From NCBI GenBank assembly GCA_016748015.1, contig JAAOMT010000372.1, positions 682,001 to 746,000 on the forward strand: a DNA stretch of 64,000 nt, written 5' to 3'. Both the position numbers and the translations under genes were made by a program. Numbering within the stretch: position 1 is the stretch's first letter; each line of letters begins with the position of its first letter. Positions 24,456 through 37,671 of this stretch are shown here, in pieces. The notes below the pieces were generated by a model. It worked only from the letters and a program-made list of their open reading frames with translations, searched no databases and was not told the DNA's origin. The DNA is from Geosiphon pyriformis uo1 (taxonomy: Eukaryota > Fungi > Glomeromycota).

Positions 24456-26585
24456 TTTTTTTTATTATGTTTTAATAAAGTGTACCCAAACATTATCTAA
24501 TACTATGCACCACTAAGAAATTACAAATTAGACATGAATCATATATTTTCTACATGTAACAAACCACTCAAGTCAGTCAAGGCACTAACTAAGCTGAAAC
24601 AATAGAAGGTGGAAATAATCTCAACCCATAAATTTTTTCAATAATACCATTCAAATTTCTAGAATCAAAAATAAACTCACTAAGAAATAATCTAGTAGAT
24701 TCAACACTACTTCTAATCTCAGCATCTGACATTCGCCACAAAGCTATAACACACTCAAAAGTGTTCTCACTTAAGAGAGAAGGTTTGGTGGTCTGCATAT
24801 CATCATAATCCATGCCATCAAAGTCAACTTCAGATCTAAGACAAACAATGTCCTTAGACACACCAACCAAAAGATTGGCAAAATTGTTAGAAGCATATTT
24901 CATAGAAAAGAAATTTTTCTCAACCTGAACAGCTTTAACAGCATTATTATCAAGGAGATGAGATACCAAGGCAACCAAAAAGCCAATAGGCTTAACAATA
25001 GACTTTACCAAAGCAGCCAAAACCGAAATTTGCTTTTCCAAAGAGTTCAATCTGGACCCAACAGCAGAATTAACAATAGCCACAAGAAGGACAGAAGCCA
25101 TCAAAAAAAGAAATTCAGACATAACAGAGGGAACAGAGACCTTAGCATCAGACAAAAAACCAACAAAACATGGTTTGAACACCTTGGAAATCTTAGGAAA
25201 GAGAGATGAAGCAACTTCACAGTCTATAGCCAAGTGACCTATTTTTTGACACCAAAAACAATGCCAACAATTAAGAGTTTTCTACCAAATACAGCACTTT
25301 CTAAGCATACCAGTTTTGGCAATAGCAAGATTCAAATCAGCTTGGGAGCTAAATGTAACTAGAGCAAAGTGGAGACAATGATTAGAATTAGGAGACCAAA
25401 AAATAAAACAAGTCTGGCCACCAACCTGAGAAATCATATTACTGATTTCAAAGACAGTACAACTAGGAGGAAGGTTGATCAACTTGGTCTTAAACCTATC
25501 ATAAGACAAAATAGTCTCATTTTGATTCACCAAGAGAAAGATTCTAACACTATCTTTGCCCACCAATACTGACCAATGATTCAAAGCAGACATGGCAGAA
25601 TTCAACTTCTCAAAATAAACTACCACATATTGCCAAATGCCAACAGGCTTCAGCACAACATGAGTAATCATACCAAAAACACTAAGAGCTGTCTTAATGT
25701 CAGCAGCAGACACATCCAAAAGCACATTATGCAGTGCAACAGCAGCAGAAAGAGAACCAGACTCAAGAACTACCAAAGACTTGGCAATTTTGAAGATGGT
25801 CAAATATACAGAGCTTCCAAGCTCAACCAAAAATACAGCTTCCAAAGACACTTGAGAAGCAAACTCCACACAAAACAGCTTTACATTGTCTTTTGATACT
25901 GACTTTGCATCCAAGAAACCATGTACTGACTAAAAAACAGCCTTAACATAAGCCAATTTGATCTTGAAAGTAGCACCAGGCACTAGAATAGAGGCCATTC
26001 ACTCAGCAAATCTTTGACAACCAGTAATAGTTTTCCAAGCACCACCAGAAGTAGCACCAGAAACTAGAGGAGGAGATGATTCAGTTTCCATTTGATCAGC
26101 CCAGTTTCCAAAAACAGGTGACCCAATAGGAGAAAATTGCTTTGCTTCTAAAACTGGCAATGATCTGCCAGAAAACACCACATTTGGCAACACAGCCAGT
26201 GGTTGATCTTGGTTCATCTTAGATAATATGCCAAATGATACTATGGAGATCTCATCTAAGATCTCATTGAGAACCACAAAGGGATTCGGTGTAACAATAG
26301 CAGAGACAAATGACTGCTTCCATTTTTCTGAACTTTTGGTCTTTTTGACCATTTTTTTCAAAAATGAGGTGCTAACAGCACCAGAAGTAGAAGCTATGGA
26401 GAGGAAGACCAGCTTGTTAACAGGTCTATTATTAAAAACTTTTGGGCTCTTAATTGGAGTGAAGGCAACACTGAGACTAATCCAAGTATGTCTCTTTGAG
26501 AAAACTTTGACTGGTAAAAAACCAGCCAAAGATAAGAAAGTTGCTTCAGTGGTCACTAAAGACAGCTTATTACAATCACTGAATA
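24456..26585 (-). mobile_element. ORF1-only LINE derivative (LINE-3), slightly 5'-truncated
   Basis: ORFs 25999, 25282 and 24589 are in one frame (RRM-like plus CFWCQKIGHLAIDC). The stop is followed by a ~125-nt LINE 3' UTR and poly(A). TSD AAAAACAATT at 24446-24455 and 26586-26595. No ORF2. Confidence 0.88.
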
Positions 26586-28427
26586 AAAAACAATTATTCA
26601 TGTTTTTATTAATAAATTAAAAATAGTATTAAGTTTTCTTTGCAAAATGTTTTTGTAATTTTCTATTGTGATTTTTTTTAAAAATATTGTTTTAATGTCT
26701 GTTTTTATTAGTAAAGTTGCTATTTATTTCTAAAACAAATAAAAAAATTTATAATTTGTTATGTTATAATTTACAGTTCTATAAGTAAATAAAGCTAAAA
26801 GCAGTATTTTATCTTATAATTTTGATTCTTTACTGGTTTTGGTTAAAATTTTACATAGTATTCTATTAAAATATTTTACTAAGTTATTTGTTTGAAAATA
26901 ATAATAAAAAAAGTATATAACATATTTACATTTTTCTACAAAGTTCTTCAACTAATATATTAAAAAAAGCTTTTCTTCTATCAAATAAAAGTTTTTTTGA
27001 GCAGTTATAATGACAAATAATATTTTTATAAATAAAATTGGCTATAAAAACTGCTGTTTGGTCTAAAGTAACTCTTGCTTTTACTTATTTTATAAGATAG
27101 TTAATAACTGTATTAATATATTTATTGTTATTAAGAATTATTGTTAAAAATCTAATAATATTTATACTAATTCTGTTAAATAACTAATTAATAAAAATTA
27201 AATGAATATTTTTTTGCAATTGGAGAGTTTTTTTTTCTGGCAGATATTACAAATTTTAATGTAATTAGCAATGTTTTTTTCCAAAATAGGCCAATAATTA
27301 TAAGCAAGTGTTTTTTGAATTGTTTTTGTTTTTCTAAAATTTCTAATTAATAGATTAGTGTACATATTATAGATCATAATTTCTTTTTTTTTAAATCTGA
27401 TAATTTTTTGGAAGCAGTCAAATTTTTTTTGTATAATTAGTTCTAATAGATTAAATAAAAATTTAATTGTTTTTGCAAATGTTTTCTTTATTGTTAAATA
27501 TAATCTAGTAAATATTGTCTTTTATTCAAAAATTCTATTAAAACAGAATAATTGTTCAAGCCTATTATCATGTTTAATTAAGAAAAGAGTTACTAATAAT
27601 TAAGTTGATTTGGTTGTAAAAATTGTATTATTATTGGATGGTAGTTTAAAAAAAATCATTAATATTTTAATAATTTGTTCTTTTATAATATTGTATATTA
27701 TAGTCAAATTTATTTAAGTAAAGTATTTAGCAAGTTGTTTGTTTGTGTTTTAGCTTTTTTTTTACACAACCAAACCAAAGCTTAATGATCTGTTATCACC
27801 AGAAATTTGGCACCAAAAAAATATTTATCTTAGTAACTAGTAGCTTATATTATTGTTAGATATTTTTGTTCAATAACTAAATAGTTTTGTTTTGCTAGAA
27901 AAAGTGATTAACTGGCATAAATTATAGCATGTTTTTTGCTATTTTTATCTTTTTAAGAAAAAGCAACATTAAGTTTAAAGCCAAATACATTAATATAAAA
28001 GATAAAAAGTTAATTCAAATTAGGTTGTATAAGAATTGGTTTAATGACTAGTTTTTCTTTTAGAGTTTTAAAAACTTTTTGCTAATGTGTGCTTCAGTAA
28101 TAATTGACAGTTTTTTTAAATAGCTGATTAAGAAAAAAAGCAATTTTGGAGAAATTTTTAACAAACTTTTAATAATAAGATACCAAACTAAAAAAAGTGT
28201 ATAGTTTATAAATATTTATTGATTGTTTAATATTTTAAACTTTTTTAATTTTAACTAAATTAAAAAAAATTCTATTTTTTGTAATAAAATAACCAAAGAA
28301 CTAAGTAAATTATTGTTCAAAAAAAATTTGATTGGATTGATTTTGAGACCAGTATTTCTAAGCAAGTTAAAAATTTTTTGCAAATATTTAAGATATTTAT
28401 TCTAAGTTTTTAAGTATATTATTATAT

Positions 28428-31400
28428 TATTACTTATAAAAAATAAAAATTAACATAGTTAAAAAAACAGCCAATAAGAAATAAGGATAGTAGAATAAGA
28501 AATTTCAGAATTTCAGAATTTTAGAATTTCTCTTAAAAAATTGAATGAATTTTAAAAAATCTTGTATAATGAAAAACATATATATAGCAAGAGTATTAAA
28601 AGTAAAAAAAGTATCAAGAAAAGTTAAGACAAACAAGTAATTAAATATTTTTTTCTTTACAAGTTAGTTTTTTATATTTTAAAGTAAAATTATTTAAATA
28701 TTAAATAAAATTATTATTTTATCATCTAATTCATGTTATCCATATTATTGAATTAATATTATTATTTTTCAACTTAATTAACAAATTATGCTGATAATAT
28801 CTACTATTTAACTACACTAAAATAATAATTTTTAATTATAGTTATTAATAAAATATTAATTTCTTATTTCTTTTTTATTTTTATTTTATTTTTTTTATTT
28901 TATTTTTTTATTGTTTATTAATAATTAAGAAATTAAGTACTGAAATATTAACATCAAAGATAGCTTAGTAAAAAACCCATAAAACAAGAGTAAAAACTTA
29001 AGAATAGCTTATTAAAAGAGCATAATTGTTAAATTAAACCAGTTTTTATATTGAAGAAAAAAATTTGAGAAAACAATCATTAAATAAATTTCTGTCTATT
29101 ATACAAAAAACTTTACCAAAACTTTTAAATCACAAAAACCTGCTAAAATCAACATTATAATTAGATATTGAGCATTAAGTTATAGATTTGTTATTTATTT
29201 TAATACTTAAACAATTACCTGTAATATTTGGTGCTATTATTATTAATTATTTAAAAAAGTGACAGACTTAGAAGTTATAAAAACAAATTATTTAAAATTT
29301 GCAAAATCCTTATTCCAATAATATCAACAACAATTGGAATTAAGCAACAATTATTTTCTAGCAAAATCAACATTCAATTTCTATGTTAATAAAAGAATTA
29401 TATATTTTTTAGAAAAACAAACAAATTCCAAATCAGCAAAAATATTTTACAATAAATTATTTTAACATACTAGTTTACTATAAAATCATAATTTTGTTTC
29501 AATCATTACTAAAATAAATCGTGAAATTAAAAGATACACTCAGTAAAAGTTTCCAATTATATTTACAAACAAAAACAAAAACAGGATACAAATACCAATA
29601 AATACACTTAAAACAATACAACTATCTAACTGAAAAAAATTCAAAGTTGTTTTCTTATTATATTTATCTTATTATTATATATTAGAAAGTATTATTAACA
29701 TACTATCAAGATTTGTGTTATTATTGACAGTAAAACCAACTGTTATAAGAGTTTTATTTTAAAACAATCAAAAAAAATCCAAATTGCTAAAAACTTATAA
29801 CAATTACTTTGTAGAATTTAAGTCATAATCAACAATACTATCAGAATTTCAATTATTACTACCTCAACCAAATTTCAAATCCACTAGTAATTAGACAGAA
29901 ATTGAATCAGAAAAAAAAGACAGTAATTAGGAAATTAATAATCAAAATTCGATTCCAAATAATATAAAAGTCCAAACTTTAATTGTTCAAACTTAGCAAA
30001 ACCTGAACAATCCAAACTTTACTCTTATTTTTTAATAAAACTTATCTTCCGTTATTTAAATTAATTCACTAGTTGTCTCAATAGCTACTTTTTATTAATA
30101 AGTAAAATAATTATTTGTATTAATAGCATATGTATTTATTGTCAAGTTAGAAAAATTTACTGATAAAAAAAATAAAGCACAAATCTGGTTAAATGATATA
30201 AAAAAAGCAATTGTAACTAATGAATATAATAACACTAAAGCTTTTTAAGCAATTTATTACTTTTTGCCAAATATTACTAATTTATAATATTTAAGTCTTC
30301 TAAATAAACCACAAGATTTTAATATATTTAAAACCATATTTTTACAGTATTTTAGTAATTAAAATAGTATCAATTGATTATTAACTGGCTTTACAACAAT
30401 TAAATAAGATAATACTAAAACAGTTACTACTTACTTAAAATATTTCTATAAAAATCTGCATCAAATTCAAACAATTAACACAAATTATTTTACAGCTTTA
30501 CAAATCCTGAATCAATTTATTTGTGGATTATACAGTAGTCTTCTGCAATAAATATGCTTATTATATTTAAATACTTTTCAAAATACAGTTATCTACATTT
30601 AAGATTTCAAATCAGCTGAGCTTAAAATTAACAATACACAAGTCATAAATTTAATAATAAACAAATCATCTGAATTGGACTTAAAATTAAAGCAGTTTAG
30701 TAAATTTATTAATCAAAAATTAGAAAAATATTTAGTTAACAATACAATTATCTATTAATCTCTTCAATACTATAACAATCAAAAAAATTTGAATTGGTTC
30801 CTAAATTAGTTATGTCTATTATTATTATTAACTCAATTATGGCAACAAAAAATACATATTTGTCACTACTGTCATAAACAAAAACACCTAAAAGCAAATT
30901 GTAAAATTAGAATGAGTAACCAACAATCAGGAAATCAATATTAAAACTCTAATTGCTGGTTCCATACTCCAAATTATATCCAAAATTAGAAACAATATTA
31001 GTATTAAATACTTTATTAACCAATAATACAACAGTTACTATATATATCTTTTATCTATTAAATATTACAGTTCTAAGTAATCTATCAATTACTATAACTA
31101 CAAGTAATCTATCAACTCCAACCAATTCAAATACTGCTGTTATGGTTCAAGAATTTAGCAAAAAAATCATAAAATAATATAAATTATTTAATTATAATAT
31201 AGCACAATAATAATTCTAAAAAGTAATAATTAATATAGTGGTAAGCACCATCTTGTAATAATGGCAAGCACTAGTTTATAATAGCAGCCAATACCAACTG
31301 GTGATAGTGGCAAACACTAGGTTAAAATACCAAAAAGAAAGTATTATAATGTATTTTCTTGTAGAACTACAAACATGTATATATATAGTAGTTTTAATAT

Positions 31401-33477
31401 TAAGAAAAATAATATTATCTAACAAGTCATAAAAACAAATCATAAAAACAAGTTATCAAACAATTTACTTTAATAATTTTTTAGTCTTTACTTTTAAAAA
31501 TAAATATTCACAAAAACTTTTAATCAAAAAAAAATGTAAAAGAATATTGAAAACTGAATAATCATAACCCAAAATATTATGAAGCTTATTTGTATTATTT
31601 ATTGAATAAAACTATCATTCATTAGTTAAATCTCTTGAAAGAATAATCTTTGATTAAGATTATTTACATTGTTACTAATTAATAAAAGCTTTATTGTAAA
31701 AATTGAAAAAAATGTTAAAAGCCATTAATATTCTATGTTTCTAGATTAGAAAAACACATCAGACAATTACAAAAATAGCTTTAAAAAAGATTTTAAACAG
31801 TAAATAGATTTCAGTTCAGTCTCTAAAAAAGAGTACATAAATATATACAACAATTAAGAATTGAGAAATAACTTATATCACAACATTAAAAAGAAAGCCT
31901 TTAGTATAACAATAACATTATTACACAAATATAATTAAGAAACTCATAAGAAACTAATTGCAATTAAAATAGAATATTGGCAATTAAATATACCAAAAAA
32001 ACTATTCTGTAATACTGCCTTAAAATATAGCTCAATTAACTACTAAAAACCAAAGACTGAAAATTATTTATATTTAACAAAATTGAAAATTAGTAATAGT
32101 TATATACCAATCAATTTCTAATTCATTGAACTAGCAAACAAGATTATGTTAATAAAGTTTGAAAAGTAGATATGCCCAAAATCCAAATTCTTAGAGCTAT
32201 TTATGTTTTTTAGCTATCTTAGCAAACAATTTATTCAACAACTGAAAAAACATAAAAACACCATTTATTAACAATATTTTATCTGCCACAATTATAAAAG
32301 AACAATTTTTAAAAAAAACTTTTATTATTATTACTTAGAACAAAAGCTAAACATTCAAAATTTGTATATAAATAAAACAAAATAGATGTTTAATACTACA
32401 ATATTACAATAAATAAAACCATTTATAGGAAAAAACAATTTATTTACATAGATAAAAACAATATACTAATTATAAACAAAATTTCAAGACTGTTTAAAAA
32501 TACTGTTACATCCAACAATAAACACTGTAACCATTAACCAATTGAAAAAAATCACTAATGCTTAATTCAAAAAATTACAAACCAGAATTATCCAAGTAAT
32601 TTTAGAAAAAAAGTAATAAAATTAATTTAAGAATAAAAATTGAAAATTATAGAAATTTTGATAAAGCTTAATATTAAAAAAAGAAAATAATATTACTTAT
32701 AAAAAATAAAAATTAGCATATTTAGAGAAAACAGTCAATAAAAAATAGAATAGTAGAATAAAAAATTTCAAAATTTTTCTTGAAAAATTGAATAAATTTT
32801 AAAGAATCTTGTATAATAAAAAACATATATATATAATAAAAGTATTAAAAATAAGAAAGGTATCAAAAAAAGTTTATGACAGACAAGTAATTAAATATTT
32901 TTTTCTTTAAAAGTTAGGTTTTTATATTTTAAAATAGAATCATTTAAATATCAAATAAAATTATTGTTTTATTATCCAATTTATATTATCTATATTATTA
33001 GATTAATATTGCTATTTTTTAATTCAATCAGTAATTTATGTTGATAATATCTACTATTTAACCACACTAAAACAATAGCTCTTAATTATAGCTATTGATG
33101 AAATATTAATTTCTTATTTTTTTTCTTATTTTCTTTTATTTTTTTTATTTTGTTTCTTTATTGTTTACTAATTGATTAAGGAATTAAGCACTAAAATATT
33201 AACATCAAAAATAATTTGGTAAAAGACCTGTGGAACAAGGATGAAAACTTAAAGATAGCTTATTAGAAAAGTATAACTGCCAGATTTAATTGGTTTTTAT
33301 GCTAAAATAAAAAATTCAAAAAAACAATTACCAAATAAATTTCTGTTTATTATACAATAAACTTTACCAAAACCTTCAAATCACGAAAATCTGCTAAAAT
33401 CAACATTATAATTAGATATTGAGCATCAAGTTACAGATTTATTATTTATTTTAACACCCAAATAATTATTTATAACA
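28428..33477 (+). mobile_element. LTR element C: gag plus ORF3, no pol (non-autonomous or deleted), inserted in the RT of B1
   Basis: LTRs 28428-29226 and 32691-33477. PBS TTTGGTGCT at 29227. TSD ATAT/ATAT. Eroded gag with CHYCHKQKHLKANC at about 30861-30902. ORF3 remnant at about 32100-32690. Confidence 0.82.
31138..32014. mobile_element. Solo LTR D1 inserted in element C
   Basis: TGTTATGG...CTGTAATA ends, perfect TSD CTGC/CTGC, second copy at 43895-44752. Confidence 0.85.
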
Positions 33478-36400
33478 ATATTATCTAAATAAACTAGAAT
33501 AAAGTTTTACTAATTCAAATACTTTGTCTATTAAGTATTGAAAAGTAAATACATGTTTTTTTTAGTAATAGTATTTAATTGACAGTAGTTAATACAGAAG
33601 CATAGAATTCTATTTTTTTTGAATACTATTACAACTAAAAAAGTTTATTTGTTCTTGGTTTTTTGTATGAATTCATAATTTTTTATCTGGTTTATTTTTT
33701 TTTGATAAATTTATCATTGCAATAATTAGACCAATAAGGTTTTAAATAGATAAAGTAAATTTCTTTAATGTTAATAAGGTATTATATTATATAAATATGT
33801 TTAAAAATATTATTTTCTTTTAATATAACTGAACTGTTTTTAATCAGCAGGTTTTTAATATTAGTTTTTTTTCTTTAGAGAAGAGTTTTTTTTGTTTTAC
33901 AGTTAATAATTGAATTTTAAATAGTTAATTCTTAAAGATTTTTGCACTTTTTTTATTTTTTTTCTTGGTATTAGACTAATTAGTTCCTAATCTTTATAAT
34001 AAATTAAACAAAATTTGTATTTATTGCTAAAAAAATACAATAGTTTATTGCATTAGTACTAGATACAAGAATTATGTTACCAATAACTATATTTGGCTTT
34101 CTTGTCAAACTTTCTATTAAAGTTTTTTTTAAGAGTATTATAGTAAGACCAACAAATTAACTTGTTATTTACAATAATTCTTTTTCTGTCAACTCTAATA
34201 TTATCTAGTAACTTGTTATTACTAATAAAAATAATATAAGTGAATTTAGCAGTTTTTTCTTGTTTTTTTCTTCATTGCTATTTTTATCATCTAATTTATC
34301 TGATTGTTCTTTTTTTTGGTTTTGCTTGAATATTAGAAAAGTAATTTAATAGTAATACTTAATTATAATAAATTTTTTATTATATCTAATAGTTAATTTG
34401 CACAATTCATAATTAAGTAATGCTTTTGCTTTCTTAAACTATTTATTATTAACAATTATAATATATTTTTTGGCTTTAGAAACTTCTATGTTAGTTTTAA
34501 TGCTAATATTATTAATGTAAACAGAAACAGCTTTGGCTATCCTAAAATCTTTTTTTTGTTATCATATATGTTAATTATAGATTAAGTTGAAGATTCATTA
34601 ATTTTTTTTCCAATTGTTTTAAGAAAATGTTTAACAATAATGTTAACAGATAACTTATTGTCTAAAATCAAATTAATAAAGTAACCAGTTACTTGAGTTT
34701 TATAAATTAAAAAAGTAATATTATTATTGTTAGCAAGTTTAATTTAATGAAAACATTTGTTAGTCTTTGGTGTTTTTTTTTTGGAATCAAAAATTTGCAA
34801 AAATTTTTCTAAACTGTAAATAGATTATTAATTGGTCAAAGATAATATGTGCTAAAATTTTTATAAGATTTTTAACAATAAAATAAGAACCAAAATTTTG
34901 CACTATTTCTGAAGATTTTAACTTTGGAGAATTTTTAAAAACTTTAGCTTTTGGTAGTTTATTATTATTAATAGTAAAAGTTGAAGCTTTGTTAAAATTT
35001 AAAACGAAATTAATCTTGGCTTTTTTCTTTTTTTTTGTAGATTTAAAAGAGTTAATAGCCAGTTTATTTATATTATAATTATTATTAGTTAAATTAAAAG
35101 CATAAAAAGAGTTTTTTTCTGGTTAATTTGTACTCTTACTCTTTGAAAGTATGTCTATTAGTTTAAAAATTGATAAATAATAACTTTAACTAAGAGATTC
35201 TTTTTGAAAAAATTGATGTTGAAATAATTAAGTCTTTAATTAGAAGTATTGTTGTTAATAGTTCTGTTGTTTTGATTATCATTGTTTTTAAAAACTGGTA
35301 GAAGTAAGTGAAAATTGTTGCAATTTTTAAGAAATATTTGGTTAATCTATAATAATAGCATATAAGTGAATCATAATTTTGCTGTCTTTAATAAAAAGAC
35401 TATTAAAATTAATTAAAACAGAATTCAAATTTTGGTTTTTAAAATTGTTAATTCTTTTTAACTGCTTGTGTTAAGAGTTTTAATAAATGAACAAAATTGG
35501 CTGTAAATTTATCTATTAATTGTTAAGATCTTAAGTTTAAGCAACAAAAAAGATAACAGCTATTTAAAATATAAAAGCCATAATAGAGATAGAAACAAAA
35601 ACTAGAAATGTGATTTCCAAATGTATTTTTTGGTTATTTTTAATTTTTTGTGCAAGTTTAATGACCATATTTATGGTTAAATTATTTTTTAAAACCAAAA
35701 GAGACCAAAAAGCATAAGATAAGTCAATTTTTAATCTTTTTATAAAAGAATAAAACTTTTGTTTTTCTGTCTAATTTTTTTAAAGTTTATTTATTTAATA
35801 AGCTTTCTGATTGTTTTGGCATATTTAGTTACAATTTATTAAGGCCTTGAATTTTTTTTTAATTTTATATACTATTTGAAAATCAAAATAAGAGTTTTGA
35901 ATTTGTTTTTAAATTGGATAGTAAAAGAAATATTTTTTTTTAGTATTTGTTGGTGTTTATTTGATAATTTTTTGATAAGTACTAGTATTGGTTTTTTGTA
36001 AGAACCAAGTAGTAGAAAAGCCTTAAAGATAGCCACTAACAATTTAAAACTTGTATTCAACATTATATTGGTTAACAGTAGCTGTTTTTTTAAAATCATC
36101 TAATTATTCAATTAGATCTTATATATTATTTTTGAATAAAAATAGTAAAGTGTTGTTTTTTTACCCTAAAACAGTTTGTATGCTTTAAAAAATGGCCAGA
36201 ATATTTGTTTATATATAATCAACAGTTATTGGTTTAAAAATAGCTGTTTGTATAAAATAATCTGATTTACTTAAGAAAAGATCAAAAACAAGAGCAGTTT
36301 AATAACTTTTTTCTTTTGTTTTAAAAAAAGTTTTAGTTAACTAATAAACAACAATTCAAATGTGAATTTGATAATTTAGATATTCAAAATTAGAAGACTG

Positions 36401-37671
36401 TTATTTAAAAATTGTTGAATATAAAAGCTGATTAATATTGTTATTTTTTTTTTAAGATTGTTTTTAAAGTAAGCTTAATTAAAGAAGTAAATTGTGTAGA
36501 CTGTATAGGTTTCAATAAAATGTTTATTTAAGAACCAGTTCCAAAAGTTTTAAAATTGTTTATTAGATTGTTTTTCAACAGAAAAGCAAATTAAACAGAA
36601 AAGCAGAAAATTAAATGCAATAAAATTTAAGTTATTTCTGTTGTATACTATAAAATGTTTTTCTGATTGTTGTAATAAGTATAAATAATTACCTATACAA
36701 TAAAAAACAAATAGAATTTAACAATCTTACAGAAAGCACCACTTTTATATTATGGATTAAAATAATAAGTTAACAAATAGCAAAAAAAAACAGAATTGTA
36801 GAATAATAGAATTAATCAAAAAAAATTTAACTTTAAGAAACAAATTGAATAAGTATGAATTCAATATATGATAAAATATCTTAGTTGTTAATCTTTTTAA
36901 AAGATAATTAAGAAATTTGAAGATAAAAAGATAGTCTATACTGTTAATAAATAATAATATATTAATATAATTTTATGTTTTATATTAGTGCTTTTAAAAT
37001 TTAATATTAGATATTAAATATATTCTTTAATCATGTTTTATTTAATAATCTTCAAATACTACAATTATACAGAGCAAAAAAAAATAGATAAATGCCAACA
37101 AATAATTTTTTATCTCAAAATATTCAAATATTTGAAAATAAAAAATGAAAAAAGAGAAACAAATAATAAAAAAAAATTAAGTTAATAAATATTGTTTTAT
37201 TTTTTTAATTTTTTATATATGTTTTTACATATTTTTTCACAACTGAAAGACTCATTGCTTATATAATTATTGCAAGTAGTTAATAATAAGATCATTAATT
37301 AGATCAATAATTAGATTAATAATTAGATTAATAATTAAATCAATAATCAAGTTAATAATTAGATTAATAGTCAAGTCATTAATTAAGTCAATAATTACTA
37401 TTTAAAAATAGGATGGCTAATTATATAACATTAGTGGCTAATATATGTGATAATTAATAAAAACTATGGCTTTTAACTATAATAATATAAAGTCTTTATA
37501 AAATAAAAATATATAACTTTATTAATAAAACTGACAATTATGTAAAAATTAAAATACTATATAAATAATAACTAAATTTAATTTACATTTCTTAACAAAT
37601 TAATATTTAAAATCTTAGTACTAGAACTAATTTTTTAATAAGTACAATAAATTACATAAAAAATATTGCAA

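Larger units (their letters stand above)
19561..37484 (-). mobile_element. Ty3/Gypsy family B copy 1, full length, highly eroded, carrying nested LINE-2, LINE-3, element C and solo LTR D1
   Basis: 3' LTR 19561-20175 and 5' LTR 36748-37484. PBS TGGTGCTTTCT at about 36741-36731. TSD ATAT/ATAT. Internal pieces (20176-20929, 24207-24455, 26586-28427, 33478-34700) are collinear with copy B2 at 59713-64000. Confidence 0.85.
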
